Notes under the pieces: model-generated
Databases searched by the model: none
What the model was told of the DNA's origin: nothing
The model's input: the letters and a program-made list of their open reading frames with translations, nothing else
Shown here: positions 39,252-49,523 of the stretch, piece by piece
How the letters are laid out: every line of letters starts with the position of its first letter
Numbering within the stretch: position 1 is the first letter of the stretch
Translations under genes and position numbers: made by a program
Assembly: GCA_963745835.1 (NCBI GenBank)
Contig: CAVUZH010000003.1
Coordinates: 576,001 to 640,000 of the forward strand
From: an uncultured delta proteobacterium
Lineage (GTDB): Bacteria; Desulfobacterota; Binatia; UBA9968
Direction of reading: 5' to 3'
DNA: 64,000 bases

Positions 39252-39479
39252 GTGGAATTCGAACATGATGGACATCACGTTCATCTCATCGAACTACCCA
39301 CCAGCAGTGGCAGACGCTGGAAATTTAGCGTCGTAGTGTGCTGGGAAAGTGAAGGCATCAGGCGAGTGCGAGCTTTGAACTGTATTGGGCGCGCCTTCGA
39401 GACGGCGCATAATGCCAGGCTCGAAGGCATCGAGTTCACCAAGAGATGGATCGACGAAGGAAAGCCGGCACCACATTAA
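39252..39479 (+). CDS. Small hypothetical protein (..KRWIDEG family)
   Basis: GAGG RBS; FETAHNARLEGIEFTKRWIDEGKP resembles 17130-17411. Confidence 0.6.
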   Translation: MEFEHDGHHVHLIELPTSSGRRWKFSVVVCWESEGIRRVRALNCIGRAFETAHNARLEGIEFTKRWIDEGKPAPH

Positions 39480-39736
39480 TCCGTGATCTCGATGGCGTTC
39501 AGGTTCCATAGCAGCGCAATATTCCGAGCGCGCCGGTTTCGGCAGCTGGGTCAAATGACAACCTTTAGAGGCCCGACCATCGGTAGTAATAGCGTCGCGC
39601 TAGCACAAACCAAACCATGAATAGATGTCGCCTTCTTTTCCCCTCAATCGGTACTTAGTTTTCCGTAGGTATTCTGGGAGCACAAGATGATCACTGAGGC
39701 AGTGATAGTTTCTCAGTGACCGTGTGCCTGACCAAG

Positions 39737-40147
39737 ATGAACAGCGTCGAAGTTGTCGCCGGTTTGATCGTTCAAGAAGGGCTGTTGCTCGTTTGCCAGC
39801 GTAAGGAGGAGGGAACCTTTCCCCTCAAGTGGGAATTTCCTGGTGGCAAAGTGGAAAGTGACGAGGGGCACGAGGATGCCTTATGCCGCGAGTTGATGGA
39901 AGAACTCGGTATTAGAGCCGATAAGCTGAGCGAAATCTTCAGACACACGCACAAATATTCGGATGCGTTCGTGGTAAATCTTAGATTCTATCGGGTTCAT
40001 AGTTTTACCGGTGTGTTAAGAAATCGTGCGTTCCAGAATCTGGTCTGGGCCGGGATCGACAAGCTCGCTACGTTCGATTTCCTCGACGGAGATTTGCCGC
40101 TCGTAGATCTGTTACTATCTGCTTCAGGCCGAGAATTACTCGCGTGA
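39737..40147 (+). CDS. mutT: MutT-like NUDIX hydrolase
   Basis: WEFPGGKVESDEGHEDALCRELMEELG Nudix box. Confidence 0.85.
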   Translation: MNSVEVVAGLIVQEGLLLVCQRKEEGTFPLKWEFPGGKVESDEGHEDALCRELMEELGIRADKLSEIFRHTHKYSDAFVVNLRFYRVHSFTGVLRNRAFQNLVWAGIDKLATFDFLDGDLPLVDLLLSASGRELLA

Positions 40148-40247
40148 TATCTCGCTGCCGTCGTTCCAACCGGAGTCTACGTTGACCTAGAGATTTGACA
40201 GATGCACAACCCATCGGTATTCTAGCGACACTTTTTCAACTGCAGCT

Positions 40248-40856
40248 ATGACAAAAAGGGCTTCAATTGGTTTTTTTTTCCTTCTTTATCAGTTGTCCAC
40301 CGTGGCTACCGCTCTGGCGGATGTCTATGTGCATAAGGATAAACAAGGAGTCTTAACCTTCACCAACGTCCCTAATCACAGCGGTTTTCGCCGGGTGATT
40401 CGTGAGTCAATCTCACCATTGCGGGGGCAGACTTATAGACCCAACTTCGAGGATTTTATCATCTCCGCATCCGCTCGCCATAGCATCGACGCAGATTTGA
40501 TTCGCGCTGTGATCAAAACGGAGTCGGATTTCAATTCAAACGCGCGCTCTTCTAAAGGAGCAATGGGATTGATGCAGCTAATGCCTGATACAGCTCGGCA
40601 ACACAATGTTCTTGATGCGTACAATCCACTAGAGAATATCGAGGGCGGTGCGCGACATCTTCGGTTGTTACTCAGCCGTTACCGCGGCAATCTGGAACTG
40701 AGTCTCGCGGCCTATAACGCCGGCATTAACGCTGTTGAAAGACATGGAGGTATTCCTCCGTATGCCGAAACTCGCCAATACGTGCGGCGCGTCCTGCATT
40801 TTTACGACGGCTACCGCGAAACCGGGTTGCAGAACGTCCGGCAGGTGCAGCAATAA
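40248..40856 (+). CDS. Lytic transglycosylase (SLT) with N-terminal DUF4124-like domain
   Basis: AVIKTESDFN, GAMGLMQLMP, AAYNAG, IPPYAET motifs. Confidence 0.92.
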   Translation: MTKRASIGFFFLLYQLSTVATALADVYVHKDKQGVLTFTNVPNHSGFRRVIRESISPLRGQTYRPNFEDFIISASARHSIDADLIRAVIKTESDFNSNARSSKGAMGLMQLMPDTARQHNVLDAYNPLENIEGGARHLRLLLSRYRGNLELSLAAYNAGINAVERHGGIPPYAETRQYVRRVLHFYDGYRETGLQNVRQVQQ

Positions 40857-40892
40857 CGCTGCCTTGCACAAACCGTCCTCATTGAGCTTCAC

Positions 40893-41468
40893 GTGGTTTG
40901 GACGTTTCCCAACTTTCTCAGTCTGATCCGAATTCTGATCATCCCGCTACTCGTTTATTTGTTGACGCTGACAGACCGCACTTCGAGCCTGATCGCTGCA
41001 GTTCTGTACTTACTGGCTTCGATAACCGATTACTTCGATGGCTATCTGGCAAGACGCAATAAGAGCGTCTCCGATGTCGGCAAAATCCTCGATCCGCTTG
41101 CAGACAAGTTGATGGTGGCTTCGGCTCTGATCATGCTCGCAGCCATGGACCGTCCGGGCGAGCCGAGTGTGCCCGCCTGGCTGGTGGTCATTATTATTGC
41201 CAGGGAAACCGCTGTCACCATTATTCGCGGCATTGCTTTGACTGAAGGAATCGTCATGCATGCCGAGGCGCTCGGTAAGTACAAATTCATTTTACAATCT
41301 TTCGCAGTGGTGGGTCTTTTGGTGCACTACGCTTATTGGGGTGTCGACTTTTATACGGCGGGAATTTATTTTTTAACGCTGGCAGCTGTGCTCGCGTTAT
41401 GGTCGGGCGTCAATTATCACGTGCAGTTTTTCCGCCTTCGACAGGCTCGCGTCTCCGCGCATAGCTGA
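40893..41468 (+). CDS. pgsA: CDP-diacylglycerol--glycerol-3-phosphate 3-phosphatidyltransferase
   Basis: PNFLSLIR, DYFDGYLAR......GKILDPLADK motif; pgsA-tRNA-Gly synteny. Confidence 0.93.
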   Translation: MVWTFPNFLSLIRILIIPLLVYLLTLTDRTSSLIAAVLYLLASITDYFDGYLARRNKSVSDVGKILDPLADKLMVASALIMLAAMDRPGEPSVPAWLVVIIIARETAVTIIRGIALTEGIVMHAEALGKYKFILQSFAVVGLLVHYAYWGVDFYTAGIYFLTLAAVLALWSGVNYHVQFFRLRQARVSAHS

Positions 41469-41474
41469 TCTAAA

Positions 41475-41501
41475 TTGACAATATCTCTGGCTTCGTATAA
41501 T
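41475..41501 (+). promoter_or_regulatory. Promoter of tRNA-Gly
   Basis: TTGACA and TATAAT boxes, but the spacer is only 15 nt. Confidence 0.55.
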
Positions 41502-41512
41502 TTTTAGATCAT

Positions 41513-41589
41513 GCGGGTGTAGCTCAGTTGGCTAGAGCGTATGCTTGCCAAGCATAAGGTCGGGAGTTCGACCCTCCTCACCCGCTCCA
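41513..41589 (+). tRNA. tRNA-Gly(GCC)
   Basis: GCGGGTG/CACCCGC acceptor stem, TATGC-TTGCCAA-GCATA anticodon arm, GTTCGA T loop, CCA end. Confidence 0.97.
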
Positions 41590-41595
41590 TCTTTA

Positions 41596-41626
41596 AGCCC
41601 TTGAGAAATCGAGGGCTTTTTCTTTT
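41596..41626 (+). terminator. Intrinsic terminator after tRNA-Gly
   Basis: AAGCCCTTGA-GAAA-TCGAGGGCTT followed by a T tract; duplicated at ~56006-56036. Confidence 0.85.
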
Positions 41627-41789
41627 CTAGTGGAGCAGGGGAGTTATCAACCTCAGAAGCAGGTTTCACTAAGGTTGCACTTTTCTCGATCTGTCTTTCG
41701 ACTCGCGCCAGCCAACAACCGGACGATCATCCAGTTCGTCCCACGCCTCCCCAGCAACGCAACTCAACCGGCCGACACCGCAACGCGGC

Positions 41790-41851
41790 GGCAAAGTGGT
41801 CGACACATGGAGGCCCTCAAGCGCAGCATAGAACAGATGCAGGCCCAATGA
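41790..41851 (+). pseudogene. Ku protein C-terminal remnant
   Basis: GKVVD/(fs)MEALKRSIE matches the VVDLMEALKRS motif of bacterial Ku. Confidence 0.5.
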
Positions 41852-41952
41852 CGTATTCTCGCTCCTAAATAAGCCAGGTATGACAGCCTCCAGTGCGTTA
41901 GGCCGGTAGCGATTCACAGTTTCCCTCCTGTAGCGCAGCGACCACTGCTTGC

Positions 41953-42273
41953 CTTACAGCCGCCCGGACAGATATATACCCCGCCTCGTATTGATGCAGA
42001 GAAGATGAGGATGATGCGGTTTTGGGGATGAAGAACGGCTTACCAGAGAATGAAACCTGTAGACACAATACCTCGGCAAGTTCTCATCACACTTAAAGAG
42101 GAACAGGCTTGTCTTCAACTCTGGCTTAAAGATAAGTCGGTTAACGAGGACGTGCGCCGGGACATTGAATGTCTCTAACAAAGATCAGTGAGGCCCTGGG
42201 AAAACTTGCTGCATTGGAGAAAGGAGATGACGATAGCAAAACAGACAGTCGCAAATCTGTAAGACTCAGCGAA
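41953..42273 (+). repeat. Copy A of ~320-bp diverged duplication (ORF from 42050, frameshifted)
   Basis: Aligns over its full length with 46484-46806. Confidence 0.9.
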
Positions 42274-42476
42274 GAAAGGCGGGCCACTACGGGGAAAGTT
42301 TGATGACAAATTGTCCGGCGACAACGATGGTGTTTTGATTACATCCGATGCAATCCTCGGTAAAACTGATCTCACAGAGGAAAGTCAAACATGCCTAATC
42401 AGCAGCTGAGGAAAGCCCCATGTTGGACCCAGTGAAAAAACTTGAACGTGAAGCAGTGCTGAAACGCATCCGTGAA

Positions 42477-42665
42477 TTAGATGCTGAGATCGCGCAGCCG
42501 TTGTAGAATACTTTTCATGATTTTAATCTCGCCTTCTAAACTCTTTATCACTTCAGGCGAAGTTGTGGAGTATTCCAATTTCAGTACATGAACCTCGGTA
42601 GAGATTATGCTCAATGAATTGGCCAAATCGTGTGCGAGGCTCTCCAGCTCATTTTTTGAAGCCAC
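42477..42665 (-). CDS. Stand-alone HisKA-like (DHp) microprotein
   Basis: LAHDLANSLSII H-box followed by a second amphipathic helix; 62 aa. Confidence 0.55.
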   Translation of the reverse strand: MASKNELESLAHDLANSLSIISTEVHVLKLEYSTTSPEVIKSLEGEIKIMKSILQRLRDLSI

Positions 42666-42751
42666 GCTGTGACAGCCATAAGCATGCCAAATTCCAAAGT
42701 TCGGTTGCTACTTCCAAGAAAGAAGAACGCCCTGTAGATGGTTCAGCCCTT

Positions 42752-42979
42752 TCAGCAACCCGAGACCAGAAAGATCTCTCTTATCATGTAGTGTCTTCCA
42801 AGCTTCGGACAATATAACCTTATGTCTTCTAGCGCGGCTGTATTTGCCGGAGGAGTTTTATTAGAAAATGCTCGTGCAATACTTTGTTTGAAGAGCTCAC
42901 CGGGTAAGCTGACTGCAGTTCCCATCGTATGATTATCACCACACGCATTGCACACGGCCCAAACCTGATACATCACCAT
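42752..42979 (-). CDS. Small putative Zn-binding protein
   Basis: CNACGDNH ... CPKLG; GGAGG RBS. Confidence 0.55.
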   Translation of the reverse strand: MVMYQVWAVCNACGDNHTMGTAVSLPGELFKQSIARAFSNKTPPANTAALEDIRLYCPKLGRHYMIREIFLVSGC

Positions 42980-43562
42980 GCGCGCATCCTCCGCCTGAAT
43001 CCAGCTTAAGGAGAAGTCGCGTGCTGTTTCGCCGCGTCAGTCTTTCCGTTCTCTCAGTTACCCTCTTTCACCTGAGCTGTCAACGAAGCGAATGTCGTGC
43101 GGTTTAGTCCAAATTCTTCCCACTACGATTGCACCGAATCACAGACAAACATGTCTATCCCGCCTGCGGGTCTTCGCGAATCAGGCGAAAGTTTCTTTCG
43201 TGCCCCTGCCCTGACAATGATCACAAAGTAATTCTCTGCCCAATTGACCGGCGGCCGCAAGGCGTATGCCACAGCACGATTAAACGATTTAATTTTAATA
43301 TAGTGCAGAGCTCAATGCTGGAGAGTCGAGACGTGCCCAAATAGGAGGAGGCGAGACATACTTGGGATAGGCGATCCGAAATCATGCGCGTCAGAGCAGA
43401 ATTGCTCGAACGTCACGGTACGACTACCCTGCATATTCCATCAGGAATCTATCATCATTATTTTTGTCTTGCTTAAACCCACAATCGACAATAAGAGTTG
43501 CGATCGCTAAAAGATCATCGGCCAGCTGGACTTACTGCGTGACATACCAACTGCTCTTAGCC

Positions 43563-43937
43563 GTGGATAAAGATATCGCAAACGATTTTGGTCGTCGAAG
43601 ATGAGGCCGCGAATCTACGATTAATCTCTCTATTTCTTGGGAAGCAAGGTTATCGTGTCCTCCAGGCACGAGATGGTTTAGAGGCTATGGATTTACTAGC
43701 TCAATCAGAGTTGATATTGTCCTGTGTGATCTCAGAATGCCCAGGATGGATGGTATAGCTCTTACGCGGCACATCCTTTCTAAAGTGCCCAATACGCCTG
43801 TGTTGTTGATGACTGCTTACGCAACACAAGATGTTAAAGGCCTGTCAGAACTCCGCGTGCCAGTCGTGAACAAGCCGTTTATGCTGGATCAATTAAGCTC
43901 GGAGATTCAAACTGTACTTAGCTCCCGCGAGATGTGA
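43563..43937 (+). pseudogene. Single-domain response regulator, frameshifted
   Basis: ILVVEDE...A.DGLEA / DIVLCDLRMPRMDG...LLMTAY...KPF. Confidence 0.8.
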
Positions 43938-44200
43938 TCTCGGGGGGAGTGTCATCGCTGGTGTTGGGCTTGACCTTGCCGGTCGTGCAGGTGCCGGTGC
44001 CGATCGCCCAGGCAATGAGGAAGAGATACCGGAGAGATCGCATTGTGTCCTCCAATCACGTGAGAGGCGGGTCCCACGCGGCTGCTCGCTGAGACCAGAA
44101 CTTAGGCTCATCGAGCACTCGTACAAGTCGCAATGTGACCCAAATCAGCGACTAGCATGGTATAGTCGCGGACGACGGCCTTAATCCAATGTGGGCGGGC

Positions 44201-44322
44201 GTCCATCGAGTCTTCAAAGACAAACCAGGCGGGCTAGTCGTAGACTATCTTGGACTCGCTGACGAACCTCAAGAAGGCGCTGATCACCTATACCGAAAGC
44301 GGCGGCAACGGAAAGACCGCCT
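44201..44322 (+). pseudogene. hsdR: Type I restriction endonuclease R subunit fragment
   Basis: [20 protein letters not shown]/(fs)[16 protein letters not shown], a characteristic HsdR segment. Confidence 0.75.
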
Positions 44323-44415
44323 CTTATTTCTGGAAGCCGATTCGCGGGCGCTGGGCCACGGGGCAGCTAAGAAGTCGGCCGGGGCGCTTTTAACGTCGTA
44401 AGCGTCAACCCTTAA

Positions 44416-45402
44416 ATGCCAAAAACACAATCAGTTATATCCGCCAAAAGAGCGGCTAGGATTCAGTTCGTCGAGCCAATGTACCCTCACCTCGTCCAGC
44501 AGCTACCGGACGGCAAAGACTGGCTCTATGAAGTGAAGTTCGACGGTTATCGTTGCCTAGCGGCAAGGGACGCCGCCGGAGTCACGTTGTGGTCCCGGCG
44601 CGGTAATGACTTCACAGCCCAGTTCCCGGCTATTGCCAAAGCATGTGAACTGCTTCCGCCGCGTACGCTACTTGACGGCGAAATAGTAGCCATCGACGAG
44701 AACGGTCGTATATCGTTCAATCTGCTTCAACATCATCGCTCGCGAGCACAAGCATTGTTGTTCTATACGTTTGATGTACTGATCCATCGGGGGATCAACC
44801 TAATCAACGAGCCACTTTCGAAACGGCGTGAAGTGCTGAGCGATATTATGAAACCGCTTATCCCGAAAAGCATCGGTAGTTTCGCTGTCTGAGAGCATCG
44901 AAGCAATACCAGTCGAACTAATTAGCGTCGTCCAAGAGTTCGGCTTCGAGGCCGTCATCGCCAAGTGCAAAGACTCCTGCTACGAGGTCGGCAAACGCAG
45001 CGGCGCCTGGTTAAAGTACAAGGTTAACAAATCGCAAGAGTTCGTTATCGGTGGCTATACGCAGGGTAATCCGCTCGATGCGGTGATCGTCGGCTACTAC
45101 GACGACCAGAAGCTGATCTATGCGGCGAAGGTGAGAAACGGTTTTGTGCCGCGATTGCGTCGTGAAGTTTGACAGAAGTTGAAAGGATTCGAGATCACCG
45201 CATGTCCATTCGTCAACCTACCTGAAAAGAAGCGCACTCAATTTTCGCTCACCCGTGAAGAAATGAAGAATTGCATCTGACTTAAGCCTAGGTTAGTGGC
45301 GCAGATCGAGTTTACCGAGTGGACACCGGATGGTCATCTGCGGCATTCAAAGTTGTCTGTTTGCGATACGACAAAGACCCGCGTGACATTGTGCGGGAGT
45401 AG
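44416..45402 (+). pseudogene. ligD: LigD-type ATP-dependent DNA ligase domain
   Basis: EVKFDGYR, LDGE, FDVL, WLKYK, FVIGGYT, EFTEWTPDGHLRH; frameshifts plus in-frame TGA at ~45170 and ~45278. Confidence 0.88.
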
Positions 45403-45706
45403 CAATACAGCCCTGTTCTTTTCCTCATCCGCAACGATGCAATAGCGTCTACTCCATCGGCTCGTGAGTACCCCTTCGTTGCAATAGCCCTCGCGGTAGG
45501 GGGCAGGGAATTACTTCAGCCCAAGTTCATTGCCTAAGGGGAACGGCTATTTCGCCGATGTGAGGATTTAGATTGACGCCAGATTTTGGTGATGCTATGC
45601 ATTTTTTGGCATCGCTTGTTATTTCTTGTACATTTTAGCTGTCGGCCCGCACCCCGCAAGATGCGTCCATGATTAAACCGAGAAGGCGCCGCAAACGGAA
45701 ACCACG

Positions 45707-45910
45707 GTGGCAATATCAATTGGAGATCCCCAACAGAAGCTCTTGGCTTCAGCTCATTTAGAAGCTGATAAAGAGGAGCAGGAACATATTTGGCGCGAGC
45801 TGCTACAAAAGCAGCTTGGCGAGCATCGGCTAAATCTTTATTGTCCTGAACAACCTCAGAAACAACCAATGCTGGCGAAGATTCGTGGAGATGGAGGCAA
45901 AGCAGCTTGA
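45707..45910 (+). CDS. Hypothetical protein
   Basis: 67-aa ORF ending KAA; no recognised motif. Confidence 0.35.
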   Translation: MAISIGDPQQKLLASAHLEADKEEQEHIWRELLQKQLGEHRLNLYCPEQPQKQPMLAKIRGDGGKAA

Positions 45911-45943
45911 CATGTTTTTTCTGCCTAAAATAAGAACCGGAGC

Positions 45944-46027
45944 ATGGATCACTATGAAATATTGCTGTGGGTCATCGCGTTCGCCCTGCCTTGCCTAGTG
46001 GAATGGCTGGTGAACGGTTTCCAGTGA
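45944..46027 (+). CDS. Putative 27-aa membrane peptide
   Basis: MDHYEILLWVIAFALPCLVEWLVNGFQ; single hydrophobic helix; GGAG lies only 1 nt before the ATG. Confidence 0.3.
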   Translation: MDHYEILLWVIAFALPCLVEWLVNGFQ

Positions 46028-46072
46028 ATACTTCGAGCCATCTGTTTTCTTTCCCGGTTGCTAAATAGCCTG

Positions 46073-46204
46073 ATGCGCGAGAACTGGAAAGATATGCTCT
46101 TTGTATTTGCGGTCGCCGCTCTTGCGTTCCTGATGAATTACTATGTCGTCAGTTACAGAGCTGCTCAGCGACCCGCTGCAGTAATCCAGGAGCGCGGCAA
46201 ATAA
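46073..46204 (+). CDS. Putative 43-aa single-pass membrane protein
   Basis: MRENWKDMLFVFAVAALAFLMNYYVVSY... Confidence 0.35.
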   Translation: MRENWKDMLFVFAVAALAFLMNYYVVSYRAAQRPAAVIQERGK

Positions 46205-46289
46205 CCTACTTCATTTAGTACAGAACCGCCGCCGCTCGATGAGCCTGTCACCATCCCTTACAGGCCAACATCCAAGAAAACGACCGTCA

Positions 46290-46483
46290 CGCTATCTAGG
46301 ATTAGGAGCGCGCTTTCTCGGATGCATAGACGCAAGCAGCCGCTGGTATACGCGGAGGCAAGACGTGACCATCTGCCGCTGGTGCGTGCCGCCGAGAAGC
46401 AGTTCGGGAGTTGGGGTAAGGCGTTGTATGCGGCAGGGATTGACCCAAACTTGTATTATGTTCGTCACAAGTGGCTGCCTTGA
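46290..46483 (+). pseudogene. Fragment with FGSW..AL.AAG repeat (homing-endonuclease-associated repeat-like)
   Basis: LVRAAEKQFGSWGKALYAAGIDP. Confidence 0.55.
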
Positions 46484-46806
46484 CTTACAGCCGCCCGTAG
46501 AGATATATACCCCGCCTCGTACTGACGCAGAGAAAATGCGGATGACGCGTTTCTGGGAAGAAAACAGGTTAATTAGAGGATGACATCCACAGACACCGTG
46601 CTTCGGGAAGTTCTCGTCATACTTAAAGAGGAACAAGCTTGTCTTGAACTCTGGTTTAAGGATAAGTGGGTTAACGAAGACGTGCGCCGGGGCATTGAGA
46701 TCTCTCTAACAAAGATCAGTGAGGCCCTGGAAAAACTTGCTGCATTGGAAAAAGGGAATTGTCATCGCCGAACAGAAAGTCCGGCAAACCTGTAAACCTC
46801 AGCGAA
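46484..46806 (+). repeat. Copy B of ~320-bp duplication
   Basis: Aligns with 41953-42273. Confidence 0.9.
46580..46795 (+). CDS. Small helical hypothetical protein (intact copy)
   Basis: ORF conserved at protein level in copy A (LKEEQACL.LW.KDK.VNEDVRR). Confidence 0.6.
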   Translation: MTSTDTVLREVLVILKEEQACLELWFKDKWVNEDVRRGIEISLTKISEALEKLAALEKGNCHRRTESPANL

Positions 46807-47135
46807 AGCTAGGCAGCATTACCCGTCGAACTTAACCTCGTAAAGCCAGTCTCATTCAGGCGCATCGCCTTTTATTCGTTAACGCAAACCTTCAAAATGT
46901 TAAAAAGTTCCGGCGGGCGTACTCTTGCGCATTGGGACGATCATGCTTGCGCATAAGACGGAATTACAATTTGGATTCAATGGACTTTATCCTAAGAGTA
47001 GCCGCGCTTGTGGAGCATTATCGGCTCTGGTTCTTTGGTTTCGCCATAATCGCAAATTCTCCCTTTAACGATTAAGAAGCTGAAATCAATTTCAATGTCA
47101 CTGGCAAATTGTGAGTCCGCTTAGCAGCGTACTCC

Positions 47136-47498
47136 TTAGTATTCTCGTTGGCGCTTCATGCGCTGCAGCTCTTGCCGTTGACGCTCGACTTCAGCCTGGT
47201 TCGCTTGGATCTGCTGCTGTTGCTGCTGATTGGTATTTTCTTGACCTTGTAGTTGATCGCCGACCAACGCCCCAGCACCTAGCCCGAGGACTCCGCCGAT
47301 AGCAGCTCCAGCACCAGTATGTCCAACCGCACTTCCGATCAGCGCTCCAGCACCTGCACCTCCTACTGCACCTATCCCTGCGCCCTTTTCTCTTGTCGTG
47401 AGTGATCCGCCAGAACAGCCGCTTATGACCACGAACACGATTAGTTCAATCACGAACAAGGACGATCTGTGACCTAGTATCGATCTAGATATTTTCAT
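47136..47498 (-). CDS. Glycine-zipper lipoprotein
   Basis: ISGC lipobox, GAGIGAVGGAGAGALIG..GAAIGG.LG.GAGALVG, Q-rich coiled tail. Confidence 0.85.
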   Translation of the reverse strand: MKISRSILGHRSSLFVIELIVFVVISGCSGGSLTTREKGAGIGAVGGAGAGALIGSAVGHTGAGAAIGGVLGLGAGALVGDQLQGQENTNQQQQQQIQANQAEVERQRQELQRMKRQREY

Positions 47499-47626
47499 GG
47501 TTTTTACCAGGGGCTCCTTTTATGATTTTTCGAGAGAACTAAGGTGGGCTTCGTCAGCACCTTTATCTTTCCTATAAAGCCAATCTAGTACACATTCCTA
47601 TTCCTTTGCCGCCAGCAATTGAGCTA

Positions 47627-48202
47627 CTAATGCGACGATCGCGTCCAAGTTGTGCCATTCTGCCATTCGATCCGATCGCGTTTGACATCGCCTCTTAATC
47701 CGCCCTCCCAATCCAAGGCGCGTATATCGCCATCATGATCTGTTTGTAATCGGGTCGTATGGCCCCGCTCGTTTCTCGCCTGAAGTCCGTCACGAGAAGA
47801 TATGATCTCAACGCGCTTGCGGCTATCGCCGTTCAGATACCACGTCCCGGCCAAATTCTGGCCACGAGACGGCGTTCGCGTCCACATCGTCCCATTGGCC
47901 CATTCGATTCGATCCCGTTTAATATGCCCGCGCAGTCCACCCTCCCAGTCGAGAGCGCGGACATTGCTGCCACGAGTTTCCAACCGGCTGCTATCGCCAT
48001 GTTCGTTTCTAGCTTGAAGGCCCTTGCGCGACGAATGGATCTCAACAGGCTTCTGCCGTTCGCCATTCGAGTACCATCTACCCACTAAGTTCTCTTCACG
48101 CCCATCCGCTCTCCCTTTGCCATAGGGCTGGGCGGAAGCCACACAAGGAGCAGCTAAAAGAGCGGACAGCACACCAACACAGACCAACTTTATTTGTCTC
48201 AT
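47627..48202 (-). CDS. Secreted protein with two tandem beta-rich repeats
   Basis: Signal peptide; NL.G.WY.NG...VEI.SSR.GLQARNE.G...RL......RALDWEGGLRG..KRDRIEW.NGT.WTR occurs twice. Confidence 0.8.
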   Translation of the reverse strand: MRQIKLVCVGVLSALLAAPCVASAQPYGKGRADGREENLVGRWYSNGERQKPVEIHSSRKGLQARNEHGDSSRLETRGSNVRALDWEGGLRGHIKRDRIEWANGTMWTRTPSRGQNLAGTWYLNGDSRKRVEIISSRDGLQARNERGHTTRLQTDHDGDIRALDWEGGLRGDVKRDRIEWQNGTTWTRSSH

Positions 48203-48859
48203 GCTTTCCTCCCTCAGAGATCCCCCAGGACAATCTACCGACTACTCTCCGCTGCGCCGATCTTAAAAGTCTTTCCGATTAGCTTAGTGAAGCAGCCGCC
48301 GATGTTTCCTTTGGTAACTCCAATGATCGGCGAGCCGTCGGCAGTGACTGAGCGGAGGGACTACGTGTGGCGTACCGACGCACAGCAATTCCCACTGTCA
48401 AAACCAATCTATATAGCGACATTCTTTGCTCATGGGATCACCGGAGTTACCCGTTGGTCTGTAAGCGCAAGGAAAATGCCAGGGTAAAATCTGCCGTTCA
48501 ATGGGGATTGATTGATCTTGTGGAAGCGTACGAGATTACGTTCCGATCAACCCATTACAGATCAGTACGCCGTCATACAACCTGAGCGAAGTTGCCACGG
48601 CAATTCAGACAAAAATGTTCGTTCTCCGGTGAAACACCCGGCTAGTGAGGGTTAGTTCCGGGTATCTTCTTCGTGATTTGTCTTTCTGCTCCTAGCGGGG
48701 CACGGCTGTTGCTGTTTGCAGTTTGCCTAGTGCCGAGGGGCTTGGCGTTTCCGGATCGATCCAATGCGGCGAAGGAGGCAAATAGGAGCGCGAGCGCAGC
48801 CGTTAACAATTTGGCCGAAAAAACGTCTTTCAGTTCAACTGGAACAGAGGGAGCGTTTT

Positions 48860-49024
48860 ATGAAGGATATCTTGGGCACACTAATGGCGGCTCTTCTCGT
48901 TATCTTGTCTTTGATTACGTTGCTCAGGGCGGAACACAATTGGGAACCTAGCAACGAGCCGGTCCTCCGCAACACCGAAAGAGTTTCGGATCTCGGTCTG
49001 CGGTTGGCCTTGAAGAACCATTAG
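48860..49024 (+). CDS. Small exported/membrane protein
   Basis: GAGGGAG RBS; hydrophobic N-terminus; 54 aa. Confidence 0.45.
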   Translation: MKDILGTLMAALLVILSLITLLRAEHNWEPSNEPVLRNTERVSDLGLRLALKNH

Positions 49025-49523
49025 TACGAATCCCTTAGATCCACTCCGAAGAATAGCCCTCGCAGCAAGTATTTAACCGGAAGACGCGAAAGACCGCGCA
49101 AATGGCACTGTCTAGCTTTAATCCGACGCGAGTTGAGACCTAACGTCTTTGATGGGTAACGCGAACGACTTTGCCATCATCGCGTAATTTTTTCTCTGCC
49201 AACTTGCCGAACCGACACGTTTATTACCTCCGACTCCACGAAAATGCCTTCCTTTATTCTGGTATAGGCGTTGCGCACATATCGCACTCGACGTTGATGC
49301 TATGAACTGATTACCCCAAGTGGTCACCATGGGTGTCAGGGAGCAAATGGTGAAACCGGCAACAGTCGCGGTCGCTTACTTTGCCTCCCTAAACCCTTGG
49401 TCGTTCACGGGGAATGATCCATCTGCACAACAAGCATCAACGGCATAAAGCCGCGTCGAACCCGGTTTATAGGGAATTTTGAGACGGCTGACGTAGCAGG
49501 CGAATGTTATTTAGGTGGTTAAC

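Noticed and set aside
45168-45282. Two in-frame TGA codons at probable Trp positions of the ligase, suggesting UGA recoding
   Set aside because: TGG is used in the same gene, TGA terminates many intact genes here, and the gene also has frameshifts; TGG>TGA decay is simpler.
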